DNA of 64,000 nt from a virus (lineage: Duplodnaviria; Caudoviricetes), in the IMG/VR virus record IMGVR_UViG_3300044259_000036, positions 1 to 64,000 of that record; one strand, given 5' to 3'. The notes under the pieces are model-generated. The model saw only the letters and a program-made list of their open reading frames with translations, did no database searches and was not told where the DNA came from. Shown one piece after another: positions 1 to 8,187 of this stretch (the stretch's first letter is position 1; the number at the start of each line of letters is the position of its first letter). Both the position numbers and the translations under genes were made by a program.

Positions 1-80
1 CCTCCTCATGGCCACCTTGATGGCCGAACTCATGGCCACCTTAGTGGCCGGGCTCAGTTGGAATTCAGGCTGCCAGTGAC

Positions 81-587
81 TCAGGCAGCGGGGACGAGGG
101 CGGCGATCTCGGCCTGCAGCTCGTTCCAGGCTGCCTCGTAGTCGATGGGCGGACGGGGCGTGGTGATCGGCGTGGCTGGGCGCAGCTGCCTGGTCGTGGA
201 CGTGGTCGTACCGCTGAGGTGCGCCGCAATCCACGCTGGCAGCTTGAGCAGGGCGACGACGATGTCACGCTCACCCGCCGCCCGGGCATTGGCCAGCGCC
301 ACGTCGTAGGCGTCGGCGTTCTCCATCAGGTCGCCCAGCTTGAGGCGGCGGACTTTCAGCCGGGAGTTGCTGCGCATCGGACGGAAACCGTGGTGCTCAG
401 CGCAGTGGTTGGCCATCTTCTGGACCACAGCGATGGTGTGGTCGGCTGCCAGGTGGGTGTGACGCTTGGCGTGACCGGGCATATCCGCGGTGCACCAGTA
501 GATGTTGGGCAGGGGTAGGTCGAGGTCGTAGTCGTAGCGGGCATTGGCGAACTGGGTGGCCACAGCGGCCATGGTGAGGGCTGTCAT
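81..587 (-). CDS. hypothetical early protein
   Basis: 168-aa ORF with phage-like codon bias and AAGGA RBS upstream. Confidence 0.7.
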   Translation of the reverse strand: MTALTMAAVATQFANARYDYDLDLPLPNIYWCTADMPGHAKRHTHLAADHTIAVVQKMANHCAEHHGFRPMRSNSRLKVRRLKLGDLMENADAYDVALANARAAGERDIVVALLKLPAWIAAHLSGTTTSTTRQLRPATPITTPRPPIDYEAAWNELQAEIAALVPAA

Positions 588-629
588 GGGGATTTTCCTT
601 GTCTGGGCAACCCAGAATCTGGGCGGGGA

Positions 630-857
630 TTACAGCGGGCGAGCGCTGCGGACGTCGTCGATAGGCCAGCTGGTGAAGGCCTTGTCACCCTGATACACGA
701 CGAGGCGCTGGCTGTCGGCCTGGGCGACGACGGTGTAGGACCACTGGGGGCCACGGAAGTTGTGGTCGTCGCCGTGCTTGTCGATCACGCAGAATCCGGC
801 CGTCGACGAGGACGTGGCGCGGTCCTTGGGCAGGCTGGCAATCTCGGTTTTGGTCAT
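630..857 (-). CDS. hypothetical early protein
   Basis: 75-aa ORF in the same orientation, GGAG upstream. Confidence 0.65.
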   Translation of the reverse strand: MTKTEIASLPKDRATSSSTAGFCVIDKHGDDHNFRGPQWSYTVVAQADSQRLVVYQGDKAFTSWPIDDVRSARPL

Positions 858-1014
858 GGCTGTGGAACTCCGGTATATCCTGGGGTTATGTCCAGTATTT
901 CCCCGTATTTTTGGCAGCTTTTTCAGCGGCCTTACAAGGCGGCGCAGGCTGCGGACAAACTGGGGCTGGGCGGCCTACCTGGTCGTCGGCGTGTCACACA
1001 CACGCGCGCGCACG

Positions 1015-1048
1015 AAAACAGCCCGGCCTGTCACCAGGTCGGGCTGTC
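1015..1048 (-). terminator. Rho-independent terminator
   Basis: minus strand ACAGCCCGACCTG-GTGA-CAGGCCGGGCTGT followed by TTT, directly after the stop of 1050..1331. Confidence 0.7.
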
Positions 1049-1049
1049 C

Positions 1050-1331
1050 TCAGAAGCGGTAGGAAACTTTGTGGGCGGTGGGGGCGGCCTCGGGGGTGAC
1101 GCTGCCGTCGCGCCCCTTGACCAGTGTGATGACGCAAGTGGCTTCGCGGAAGTCGGCCATTTTGCCGGCCTTATCCAGCGCGGCATAGGTGGCGTTCAAT
1201 TCGTCCGCCATTGTCGCGCAGGTCACAAGGTCAGTTTCGGTCGGACCCTCCCAGCTTTGAGGCCGGTAGTAATTCGGGTCCGCGCCGATACTGGCGACCA
1301 CACTGATAGACAGGTAGGCCATGATTCCCAT
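1050..1331 (-). CDS. hypothetical protein
   Basis: 93-aa ORF coupled to the upstream gene by a TAATG overlap. Confidence 0.65.
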   Translation of the reverse strand: MGIMAYLSISVVASIGADPNYYRPQSWEGPTETDLVTCATMADELNATYAALDKAGKMADFREATCVITLVKGRDGSVTPEAAPTAHKVSYRF

Positions 1332-2293
1332 TAGGCGACGTCCTTAGCTTGCGGCTGGATGGCGTCCGGCGATTCGGCGATAGCCTTGATTTCACCAGTA
1401 AGCGCGGTCTCGGCCAGTGCCTGCGCGGCCTTGTTGCGAGATTGACGCGTGGTTGGCTTGCGGGTTTCCGCTTGGGCGGCGTTGGCTGCGCTTGCCGCTT
1501 GCTGGGCGGCGCGGTCGTCCTTGATCTTTTGGATCTCGGCCGGGGTAAGTGCCAGCGCTTGGGTAGTGGCGCGGACTTGCTCGGCACGGGCGGTCGCCTC
1601 GTTTGCGCGGTCCTCGGCGTCACGCAATTTGACCAGCGCGGCGTCTATATCGGCCTTGTTAGAGGCGCTGATTTGCGCTTGAACGGCATTTGCGAGCGTT
1701 CCAAGGTTGGCCAAAAGGTCGACCAGTTCCAAGGGGGCGCCGATAAGGAGGCTGTCAGACTGGGCTGCAATGGCCTTTTCCAGCGCCTTTACCAGTGATT
1801 TAGCCTGTACTGGCTTATTATCTTCGTCGGCACCTTTAACCTTTTCCGCTTTAAAGGCCTTGTATTCAGTGAAAGTTAGCGCAAAGTCGCCGTGTGGGCG
1901 GTAAAACTTTTCGTTAACTTCAATGATTTGCAGGTCAGCGGAAATCTCAGAATCGCCAACCGAAACGAAGTTTGTAGCCAGCGGGGAGTCTGGATTGTAC
2001 TTTTTAAGACCAATTTTCATGGTCTCTTTATCGTAGGTCAAACGCGGGTAGTGCGCTTGGGCATACTGGTACACTTCCATACCCAACTTATTCAGGCCGC
2101 CGTTTGCAAGGCGAAACGCCCGGCAATCGAACATATCATACAACCAATTGCCGTTCTGGTTTTGTACCAGTTCAAGCATGGCACCGTTTGCCCATTGGGT
2201 AATGATTTCATCGGTCGAGTTCAACCGGCGGGCAAAAGCGGTAATGAGTGCCGGGGTAATGGCCTTGCCGCGTACAACAATTTGTTTAGTCAT
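1331..2293 (-). CDS. hypothetical (pre-)early protein with C-terminal Ala-rich coiled coil
   Basis: 320-aa ORF from ATG 2293 (MTKQIVV) with AGGA RBS; atypical lower-GC codon usage. Confidence 0.75.
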   Translation of the reverse strand: MTKQIVVRGKAITPALITAFARRLNSTDEIITQWANGAMLELVQNQNGNWLYDMFDCRAFRLANGGLNKLGMEVYQYAQAHYPRLTYDKETMKIGLKKYNPDSPLATNFVSVGDSEISADLQIIEVNEKFYRPHGDFALTFTEYKAFKAEKVKGADEDNKPVQAKSLVKALEKAIAAQSDSLLIGAPLELVDLLANLGTLANAVQAQISASNKADIDAALVKLRDAEDRANEATARAEQVRATTQALALTPAEIQKIKDDRAAQQAASAANAAQAETRKPTTRQSRNKAAQALAETALTGEIKAIAESPDAIQPQAKDVA

Positions 2294-2857
2294 TGTCGTT
2301 ATTCCTAATGCGTGGGAGTGTTTTCTAGACTGGGAACGATCCGCGCCCAGTCCGTAAACCACTCATAATCCTAATGCTAGTTCGGTATGCCTAGGCCTTG
2401 CGTAGGGGCAAGGCCTAGGGTTCTCGGTAGGCTGTCTGATATATCGGCTAGTCGTTATCACTAGACGTTGTAGCGGTTTGTTATGTTGCTTGTTTCCCTA
2501 AATTGTTAAGTGGTAGCACGCGCCTTATAAAGGTCACGCTATATCTGTCTATTACCTGTTATTGAAAGGTCAAACGATGATCTAAAGCCACTTGTGCGAT
2601 AGGTCGCCTAATTACTAGATAATACCCTGCAGCCCGTTAGCTCTATGCCTAGCCTCGGTTAAAAGGCTAGGTTATCTACTGTGCGCCCGTCGTATCCCAT
2701 GGGCGCCGGTTCTACGCTGTCACTGGTGACCATTAGATAAGGGGGTATGACGTCCCCTATTACAGTCGTGCAGCCGGCCGCATACTTGCCCCGCTCGGGC
2801 ATGTATGGTCGTGTGTCGTTATCTAGCTTGCCTAGGGCAAGTAGTAGACAGATATAG

Positions 2858-2871
2858 ATTGTTAAAGAGCG
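2858..2871 (-). promoter_or_regulatory. boxA antitermination element
   Basis: minus strand CGCTCTTTAACAAT matches the rrn boxA consensus GCTCTTTAACA. Confidence 0.7.
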
Positions 2872-2942
2872 GGGTAGGCCTAGGCCTAGTGCTAGCCAGT
2901 GGTGGCCTAGCGGTTGAATCAATTACTTACTGCATGGGGGTA

Positions 2943-2970
2943 AAGATAACACATAAGGGGATAAGAGCAA
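2943..2970 (-). promoter_or_regulatory. putative sigma70 promoter
   Basis: TTGCTC-N16-TATCTT with extended -10 TGn, about 70 nt upstream of boxA. Confidence 0.5.
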
Positions 2971-3138
2971 GCAAGAAAAGCAGATATTTCACACTAAATT
3001 TTGAGTGGTCAGCGTACCCACCCCACCCCCGTTTTTGAAGCACGGAAGAGACGTGCTACCCGCCTAGGTCAGCGCTAGAATTTTTTCTGATTTTTCGTTT
3101 TGGCCATTGCCCGACACCGACGCCCTCACCCAAACTCT

Positions 3139-3178
3139 CCTCCGCACTTACGTACTTACGTAACTCCGCACCTACGCA
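3139..3178. repeat. 8-bp-period array (nnTRCGYA-like)
   Basis: CCTCCGCA CTTACGTA CTTACGTA ACTCCGCA CCTACGCA. Confidence 0.7.
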
Positions 3179-3208
3179 CTCACCCAAGCACTCAAGGACA
3201 CCCTCGCC

Positions 3209-3985
3209 ATGGATCAAGGCCAGCGTCTCACCCGAGCCGAAACCCGCATCTCCACCGCCGAAGGCACCATCACCTCCCAAGGCAGCGCCATCTCCTCCCA
3301 CGCCCACCAGCTCAACGAGCACACGCAGACCCTGCACACCCTCACCCAGGCCGTCGATGGCCTCGTCGACATCCTCGAGGCCCAGCCCGCCGTCACCCCC
3401 GGCGCCTTGGTCAACACCCAGGTAGTCAACACCTGCCAGGGCGACTGCCAGGCCAAGGACAAGGCCAACCTGTTCACCGGCACCGTGCGCCCGGCCAGCG
3501 ACCCGAACACCACCCTCAGCATCGTTGACGGCGTGGTCCGCGCCCGCCTCGGCGCCCTGGATGACCAGCCGGCCGCCACCCGCCTCAAGATGCGCCTCCA
3601 GTCCGTCTCCCAGGTCAAGAGCGCTGACAACCCGCTGAGCCACTGCACCTTCCACGCCTGCGGCGAAGACCCGGTGTTCGGCAAGTACACCCCGAATGGC
3701 CACCTGAACTTCAGCGTGATCAACGAGGTGGCCGCCAAGCTGGTCGCCGGCCGCGACTACTACGTCGACCTGGTACTGGCCGCCCCTGTCGAGCTGGCAC
3801 CGCATCAGCAGCGCGTCGTCGCCGAGCATGCCGAGCTGCAGGAGCGCAATACCAAGCTGGGCGTGTTCTTCGGTACCGACGCCTACCACAAGCTGAAGGA
3901 CAGCGAGCGCAGCCGCCTGCTGCGTCAACACCAGTTGCAGACTGAGCTGCTGGAAGTCCTGTCCGAGCGCATCCGCGCGTTCTAA
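3209..3985 (+). CDS. multi-domain hypothetical protein (tail-fibre-like coil, small beta domain, crAss001_48-like C-terminal domain)
   Basis: 258 aa, AAGGA RBS; C-terminal HQQRVVAEHAELQER...LSERIRAF pattern. Confidence 0.75.
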   Translation: MDQGQRLTRAETRISTAEGTITSQGSAISSHAHQLNEHTQTLHTLTQAVDGLVDILEAQPAVTPGALVNTQVVNTCQGDCQAKDKANLFTGTVRPASDPNTTLSIVDGVVRARLGALDDQPAATRLKMRLQSVSQVKSADNPLSHCTFHACGEDPVFGKYTPNGHLNFSVINEVAAKLVAGRDYYVDLVLAAPVELAPHQQRVVAEHAELQERNTKLGVFFGTDAYHKLKDSERSRLLRQHQLQTELLEVLSERIRAF

Positions 3986-4133
3986 CCAGGCACCACGGCG
4001 CGATGCAACGTCGCGCCGTGACCTCGATCACGTCACATTCCCACCCAATCGCTAACAATTAAATGAAACGTTCCACCCACTCGGGTGTCTACGCCTGTCG
4101 CCGTTTGTCAAATCCCGGACCATGAGCTACGAC

Positions 4134-4157
4134 TTAATCCGGCGAACGCCGGACTAA
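4134..4157. promoter_or_regulatory. palindromic operator, copy 1
   Basis: TTAATCCG-GCGAACGC-CGGACTAA. Confidence 0.6.
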
Positions 4158-4257
4158 GTCATTACTTACATTTCTTTCACATATTATGTCCGTCATTCCG
4201 GGTAAATTAGTAGGCTTTTGTTTGACAAACGCGGTTTGTGAGCTTTCCTAAAGTGAG

Positions 4258-4281
4258 TTATTCCGCTAATCTCCGAATTAA
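4258..4281. promoter_or_regulatory. palindromic operator, copy 2
   Basis: TTATTCCG-CTAATCTC-CGAATTAA. Confidence 0.55.
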
Positions 4282-4373
4282 GTCGCGGTTACACCCGGCA
4301 GCAAGGATCGCTGCCAACCAATGGATTGACCCTGTGAGTACCCACAGCTGGGAAGGAATCTCACCCGCGACTT
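4280..4373 (+). ncRNA. candidate structured RNA or 5' leader (multi-stem junction)
   Basis: closing stem AAGTCGCGG/CCGCGACTT encloses GGCAGC/GCTGCC and CTGTG/CACAG hairpins; strand inferred from the downstream gene. Confidence 0.35.
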
Positions 4374-4400
4374 TCTTCGCCCCTGGAACGGATTCAACCA

Positions 4401-4688
4401 ATGATTGAGAGAGCGAGCCTGATTCAGCTGACTGAGTACGTCGCTGAAAAATCGGGGTGTAGCAAAGCCGAAGCCAAGCGGCGTATTGAGACGGTGCTAG
4501 AAGGCATCGTCCACTTGGCAGACGAGTACCCCAAGCTGGTCCTTCGCGAATTCGGAAAGTTCGAGAACAAGGTCTACAAGGGTTACACCCACAACGCCAC
4601 GATCGGCGAAGCCAAAGAGATCCCGACCCGTCGGGTGCTCACCTTCACCTCCTCACCGAAGCTGACCCAGGAGGTCGAAGATGACTGA
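4401..4688 (+). CDS. HU/IHF-family DNA-binding protein
   Basis: 95 aa; LTEYVAEKSGCSKAEAK, LVLREFGKFE, IPTRRVLTFTSSPKL match the HU fold. Confidence 0.85.
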   Translation: MIERASLIQLTEYVAEKSGCSKAEAKRRIETVLEGIVHLADEYPKLVLREFGKFENKVYKGYTHNATIGEAKEIPTRRVLTFTSSPKLTQEVEDD

Positions 4689-5232
4689 AAAGGCCCAAGC
4701 CGTATCCGCCAACTACAAGAACCTCCCGACCCCGGTCGAAGTGACCGATCTGGAGTCCCTGCGACTGGCTGACCCTTCCGTGTTCGATGCTATCCAGATC
4801 GTCCTCGGCTGCCTGCGCAATGACATGCTCCCCGACGAAGTCCAGCTGGCCATCGTCGAGGCCATGTCGCCCAACACCCGCCGTACCATCGTGCAGCAGA
4901 TCGCCGGCCTCGATGCCAGTGTGCTCATGACCTTCAAGCAGCAGATCAGCCTGGTGGACAACGTGCTTCGGCGCGTGGTGACGCCAGAGGGCCAGGCCAT
5001 CCCCAGCGGCAGCGACTTAGGCATCTCCGTCAAGGACGCCATGAACATGTCGCTGAAGGTCTGCGGCATGCTCACCAAGGACTTGCCGAAGGTGTACAGC
5101 ATTGCCCGCGTCCAGCGCCTGGAGCAGGCCTTGCTCAACGTCGTCGAGACGTTGCCCAAGGTGGCTCAGGACACCGTGCTGGCCGAGCTGGAGAAGGAAG
5201 AAATGAAGGCGGCGAAAGAGGGGCGGCAATGA
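4681..5232 (+). CDS. hypothetical helical protein, terminase small subunit candidate
   Basis: 183 aa, upstream of the large terminase; function inferred from position only. Confidence 0.5.
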   Translation: MTEKAQAVSANYKNLPTPVEVTDLESLRLADPSVFDAIQIVLGCLRNDMLPDEVQLAIVEAMSPNTRRTIVQQIAGLDASVLMTFKQQISLVDNVLRRVVTPEGQAIPSGSDLGISVKDAMNMSLKVCGMLTKDLPKVYSIARVQRLEQALLNVVETLPKVAQDTVLAELEKEEMKAAKEGRQ

Positions 5233-5495
5233 CGAAAAAGCAAGCGCTGAAGAAGGGATTCGTCTACGAGGGCATGGTCGGCTATGTGCCGGTCTACCTC
5301 ACTGAGCTGCACAAGTTCGGCAAGGACCAGCCGGGCGTGTGCGCGAAGAACTGGCTGTGGGGCATCGTGCTCGACATCCAGGAATTTGCAACGCAGCTGG
5401 CCAATATGATCAAGGACCAGGACTACGTTGGCGACAACATCTTCTTCGGCGACCGCCTCGACGGCCAGCCCTACGGTGACAAGGAGTTCGACTGA
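5229..5495 (+). CDS. hypothetical protein
   Basis: 88 aa, ATGA overlap with the previous gene. Confidence 0.65.
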   Translation: MTKKQALKKGFVYEGMVGYVPVYLTELHKFGKDQPGVCAKNWLWGIVLDIQEFATQLANMIKDQDYVGDNIFFGDRLDGQPYGDKEFD

Positions 5496-6193
5496 TGTGG
5501 GAAGCCCGTGTGAAAGGACGTGCATTCGGCCGCCAGCGGCTGCAGGTGTGCACCATCCAGGACGACCAGCGTATCGAGTGGCAGGACCTTGACCTCCCGC
5601 TCCTACAGAAGATCCTGCATGACTTCAATGGCCAAGAGCTACAGATCGAGCTGCTGAAGGAACGCATCGGCGAGCTGAAGGCGTCTAGCGCGGCGCTGCT
5701 GATGCCGGTGGCGGTACCGACGCCCAAGAGACGGCCTCGCAATGAGATCAGCCCGTTCGGCCGGCGCCTGACGGAAGCGCGTGTAGCAGCCTCGGAGATC
5801 GCCGAAGGGGAAGCAGTCGTGGCTCAAGGCGCCGCTGTCACCGCCCTGAGCAACTTGCGGCAGGAGCCGTGCGAGCCCGGCTGCCTACACGTCGGCCCGA
5901 ACATTGGCCCACCAGGTGGCTACGCTCGCATGACCTACACCTGCACACCACCTCCGTCGTTCCCGCCTGCAGAGACCGACCTAACCTATGTCGAAGAAGA
6001 TGGGATCTTGTACGCTGGGCTGAAGTCCCACAACCCGGAGGCAGTGCCGCGCACGTTCGGCACCGTGGTACCGGGCAGCATCCTTAAAGAGCCTGACCAA
6101 GATTTCCGCACTGTGAAGGACTGCGTCAGCCGTTTCGAGGGAGCGATCCTGCCACCGTTTGGCGGTTTCCCCTTCACCCAAGCTATGATGTGA
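5495..6193 (+). CDS. hypothetical protein
   Basis: 232 aa, TGATG coupling. Confidence 0.6.
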   Translation: MWEARVKGRAFGRQRLQVCTIQDDQRIEWQDLDLPLLQKILHDFNGQELQIELLKERIGELKASSAALLMPVAVPTPKRRPRNEISPFGRRLTEARVAASEIAEGEAVVAQGAAVTALSNLRQEPCEPGCLHVGPNIGPPGGYARMTYTCTPPPSFPPAETDLTYVEEDGILYAGLKSHNPEAVPRTFGTVVPGSILKEPDQDFRTVKDCVSRFEGAILPPFGGFPFTQAMM

Positions 6194-6221
6194 CACCCGC
6201 CGGGCACGGATCGCCCAGCAC

Positions 6222-6245
6222 TTAATCCGCCATATGGCGAAGTAA
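6222..6245. promoter_or_regulatory. palindromic operator, copy 3
   Basis: TTAATCCG-CCATATGG-CGAAGTAA just before the terminase RBS. Confidence 0.65.
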
Positions 6246-6259
6246 CAAGGAAGTTACGC

Positions 6260-8056
6260 ATGAGCAACGGCTCCGTCGCCCAGCGGTTCAGGATGGCCCT
6301 GAACCGCGAGGAGGGCATGAAGTCGCTAGACCAGGTAGCACTGGACTACGGCTACGTCGAGGGGGAGAAGTTCACCTTCGAGGACCACGAATACCAGATC
6401 GAGATCATGCGTGACACCGCGTCGCGCATCGACATCCGCAAGTGTTCCCAGGTCGGAGCATCGGAGCTGTGGGCGCAGAAGACCCTGGCCATGTGCGCTG
6501 TCCTGAAGAACATCCGCATCATGTTCAGCCAGCCCACCAAAGAGATGGCGGTCAAGTTCTCCAAGGACCGGATCGACGGGGTGATCGAGCAGAGCCCGTA
6601 CTACAGCGGCCTGGTCGCACCTGGTGGCAACGCCGCCGGCATGAAGAAGATCGGCAGCAACATGCTGTACATCATCGGTACCTTCGGCGCGAACTCGGCG
6701 ATCTCCATCCCCGCCGAGATCATCATCTGCGACGAAGTCGACTTCTCCAACGAGGTCGTCCTCGGCAAGCTGAACTCCCGCCTGCGTCACGCCAAGAGCG
6801 TCGATGCCCACGGCGACCGAGGCTTCCGGTACCGCTTCTCCACGCCTACGGTCGATGGTTTTGGCGTGGACAAGGGCTTCCAGAAGGGCGACCAGCGCTA
6901 TTACATGTGCAAGTGCGAGCACTGCTCACACTGGGTCGTGCCCGACTACATGACCGACTTCATCATCCCAGGCTGGGACAAGCCGATTATCGAGTTCGGC
7001 ATCGACAACCTCAGCGACAACGGGGTCGACATCGAGGCGTCCTGGATCAAGTGCAGCCACTGCGGCAACGACCTGTGGCCGTCCCTGTGCAACGCGGCCA
7101 ACCGCGAGTGGGTGGCCAAGTTCCCCACCAGGCACCGGCACAGCTACCAGATATACCCGTGGGACGTGCCGAAGTACAACACGCCGGCCGCGATCGCCCG
7201 CCAGTACGACGACTATCCGATCAAGAGTGACTTCTTCAACTTCGTGATCGGGCTGCCCTACTCCGACGCTGAGAACAGCTTCATCACCAACGACGAGCAC
7301 CGGGCGCGCGTCTGCGACGTGGACCTGTGGATCTTCGGCCGGTGGACAGTCCTGTGCCAAACGGTAGGCGGCATGGACGTCGGCAAGACCTGCCACCTGA
7401 CGGTTAAGGCCAAGGTCGGCAAGGGCTGGCACGTCGTGTGGATGGAGAAGATCGTCAACACCAAGCAGGACCCCGCCTACCTCAAGGTGATCCAGCGCTT
7501 CGACTTCTACCGCATGAAGAAGCTCTGCATCGACTCCGGCCCCGACATCACCCTGGTCAACCTGCTGGTCAGCGCGCGGGCCGAGATCAAGGCCGTCGTC
7601 TACACCAACGTGCCGGGCTTTATCCCGGTGGCCGAGGGACGCGGCGAGGACATCATCAACGCCGACCGGACCAAGACCCTGTCACTGCTGCTGGCCCAGC
7701 ACAACGGCGGCGACACGCACTACCCGCACAACGACGAACTGAAGCAGGAGCTGTTCAAGCACCTGGCCACGACCAAGAAGGTGAAGGAACGGGCGCAGGA
7801 CGGGACCCTGGTCGAGAAGTTCATCAAGACCGACCGCCAGGACCACTGGGTGCACTCGCTGAACTACGCCAACATCGCCGCGCTGGCGTGCGAGATGCTG
7901 GAAGACGACACCCTGGTCGGGGCCTTGCCACGCACGGGCCGGACACAGGTAGGCAGCGCCGTTGAAAAGCCGCAGACAGACTCGGCGCAGCTGATCGGAT
8001 CGGTGCTCGGCGGCATGTTCGGCGGCAGGGCCACTGGCTTTGGAAGGCGCAGATAA
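6260..8056 (+). CDS. terL: terminase large subunit (GpA-like)
   Basis: KCSQVGASE Walker A, IICDEVD Walker B, STPT, CxxC pairs, nuclease motif GGMDVG. Confidence 0.92.
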   Translation: MSNGSVAQRFRMALNREEGMKSLDQVALDYGYVEGEKFTFEDHEYQIEIMRDTASRIDIRKCSQVGASELWAQKTLAMCAVLKNIRIMFSQPTKEMAVKFSKDRIDGVIEQSPYYSGLVAPGGNAAGMKKIGSNMLYIIGTFGANSAISIPAEIIICDEVDFSNEVVLGKLNSRLRHAKSVDAHGDRGFRYRFSTPTVDGFGVDKGFQKGDQRYYMCKCEHCSHWVVPDYMTDFIIPGWDKPIIEFGIDNLSDNGVDIEASWIKCSHCGNDLWPSLCNAANREWVAKFPTRHRHSYQIYPWDVPKYNTPAAIARQYDDYPIKSDFFNFVIGLPYSDAENSFITNDEHRARVCDVDLWIFGRWTVLCQTVGGMDVGKTCHLTVKAKVGKGWHVVWMEKIVNTKQDPAYLKVIQRFDFYRMKKLCIDSGPDITLVNLLVSARAEIKAVVYTNVPGFIPVAEGRGEDIINADRTKTLSLLLAQHNGGDTHYPHNDELKQELFKHLATTKKVKERAQDGTLVEKFIKTDRQDHWVHSLNYANIAALACEMLEDDTLVGALPRTGRTQVGSAVEKPQTDSAQLIGSVLGGMFGGRATGFGRRR

Positions 8057-8076
8057 TGCGCCATCTGGCGCATTAA
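8053..8076. promoter_or_regulatory. palindromic operator, copy 4
   Basis: ATAATGCG-CCATCTGG-CGCATTAA. Confidence 0.65.
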
Positions 8077-8187
8077 CTCGTCAAAGTTAAAGTAGTTTCT
8101 CATGCGGTAGCAAAGAATTGCTTGAATTTCAACCAGCTGCGCGAATAAACTCGCGTTATCTCTGAACTAGAGTCGACAAGTACCTGA

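Noticed and set aside
2659-3038. Short ORFs 2659..2922 (-) and 2805..3038 (+)
   Set aside because: No RBS, atypical composition, and they overlap the promoter, boxA and stems.
4280-4373. tRNA or hammerhead ribozyme
   Set aside because: No T-loop, anticodon arm or CCA, and no CUGANGA/GAAA core; kept only as an unclassified structured element.
8122-8151. sigma70 promoter TTGAAT-N18-TAAACT before the portal gene
   Set aside because: Plausible but too weak a match to list without TSS data.
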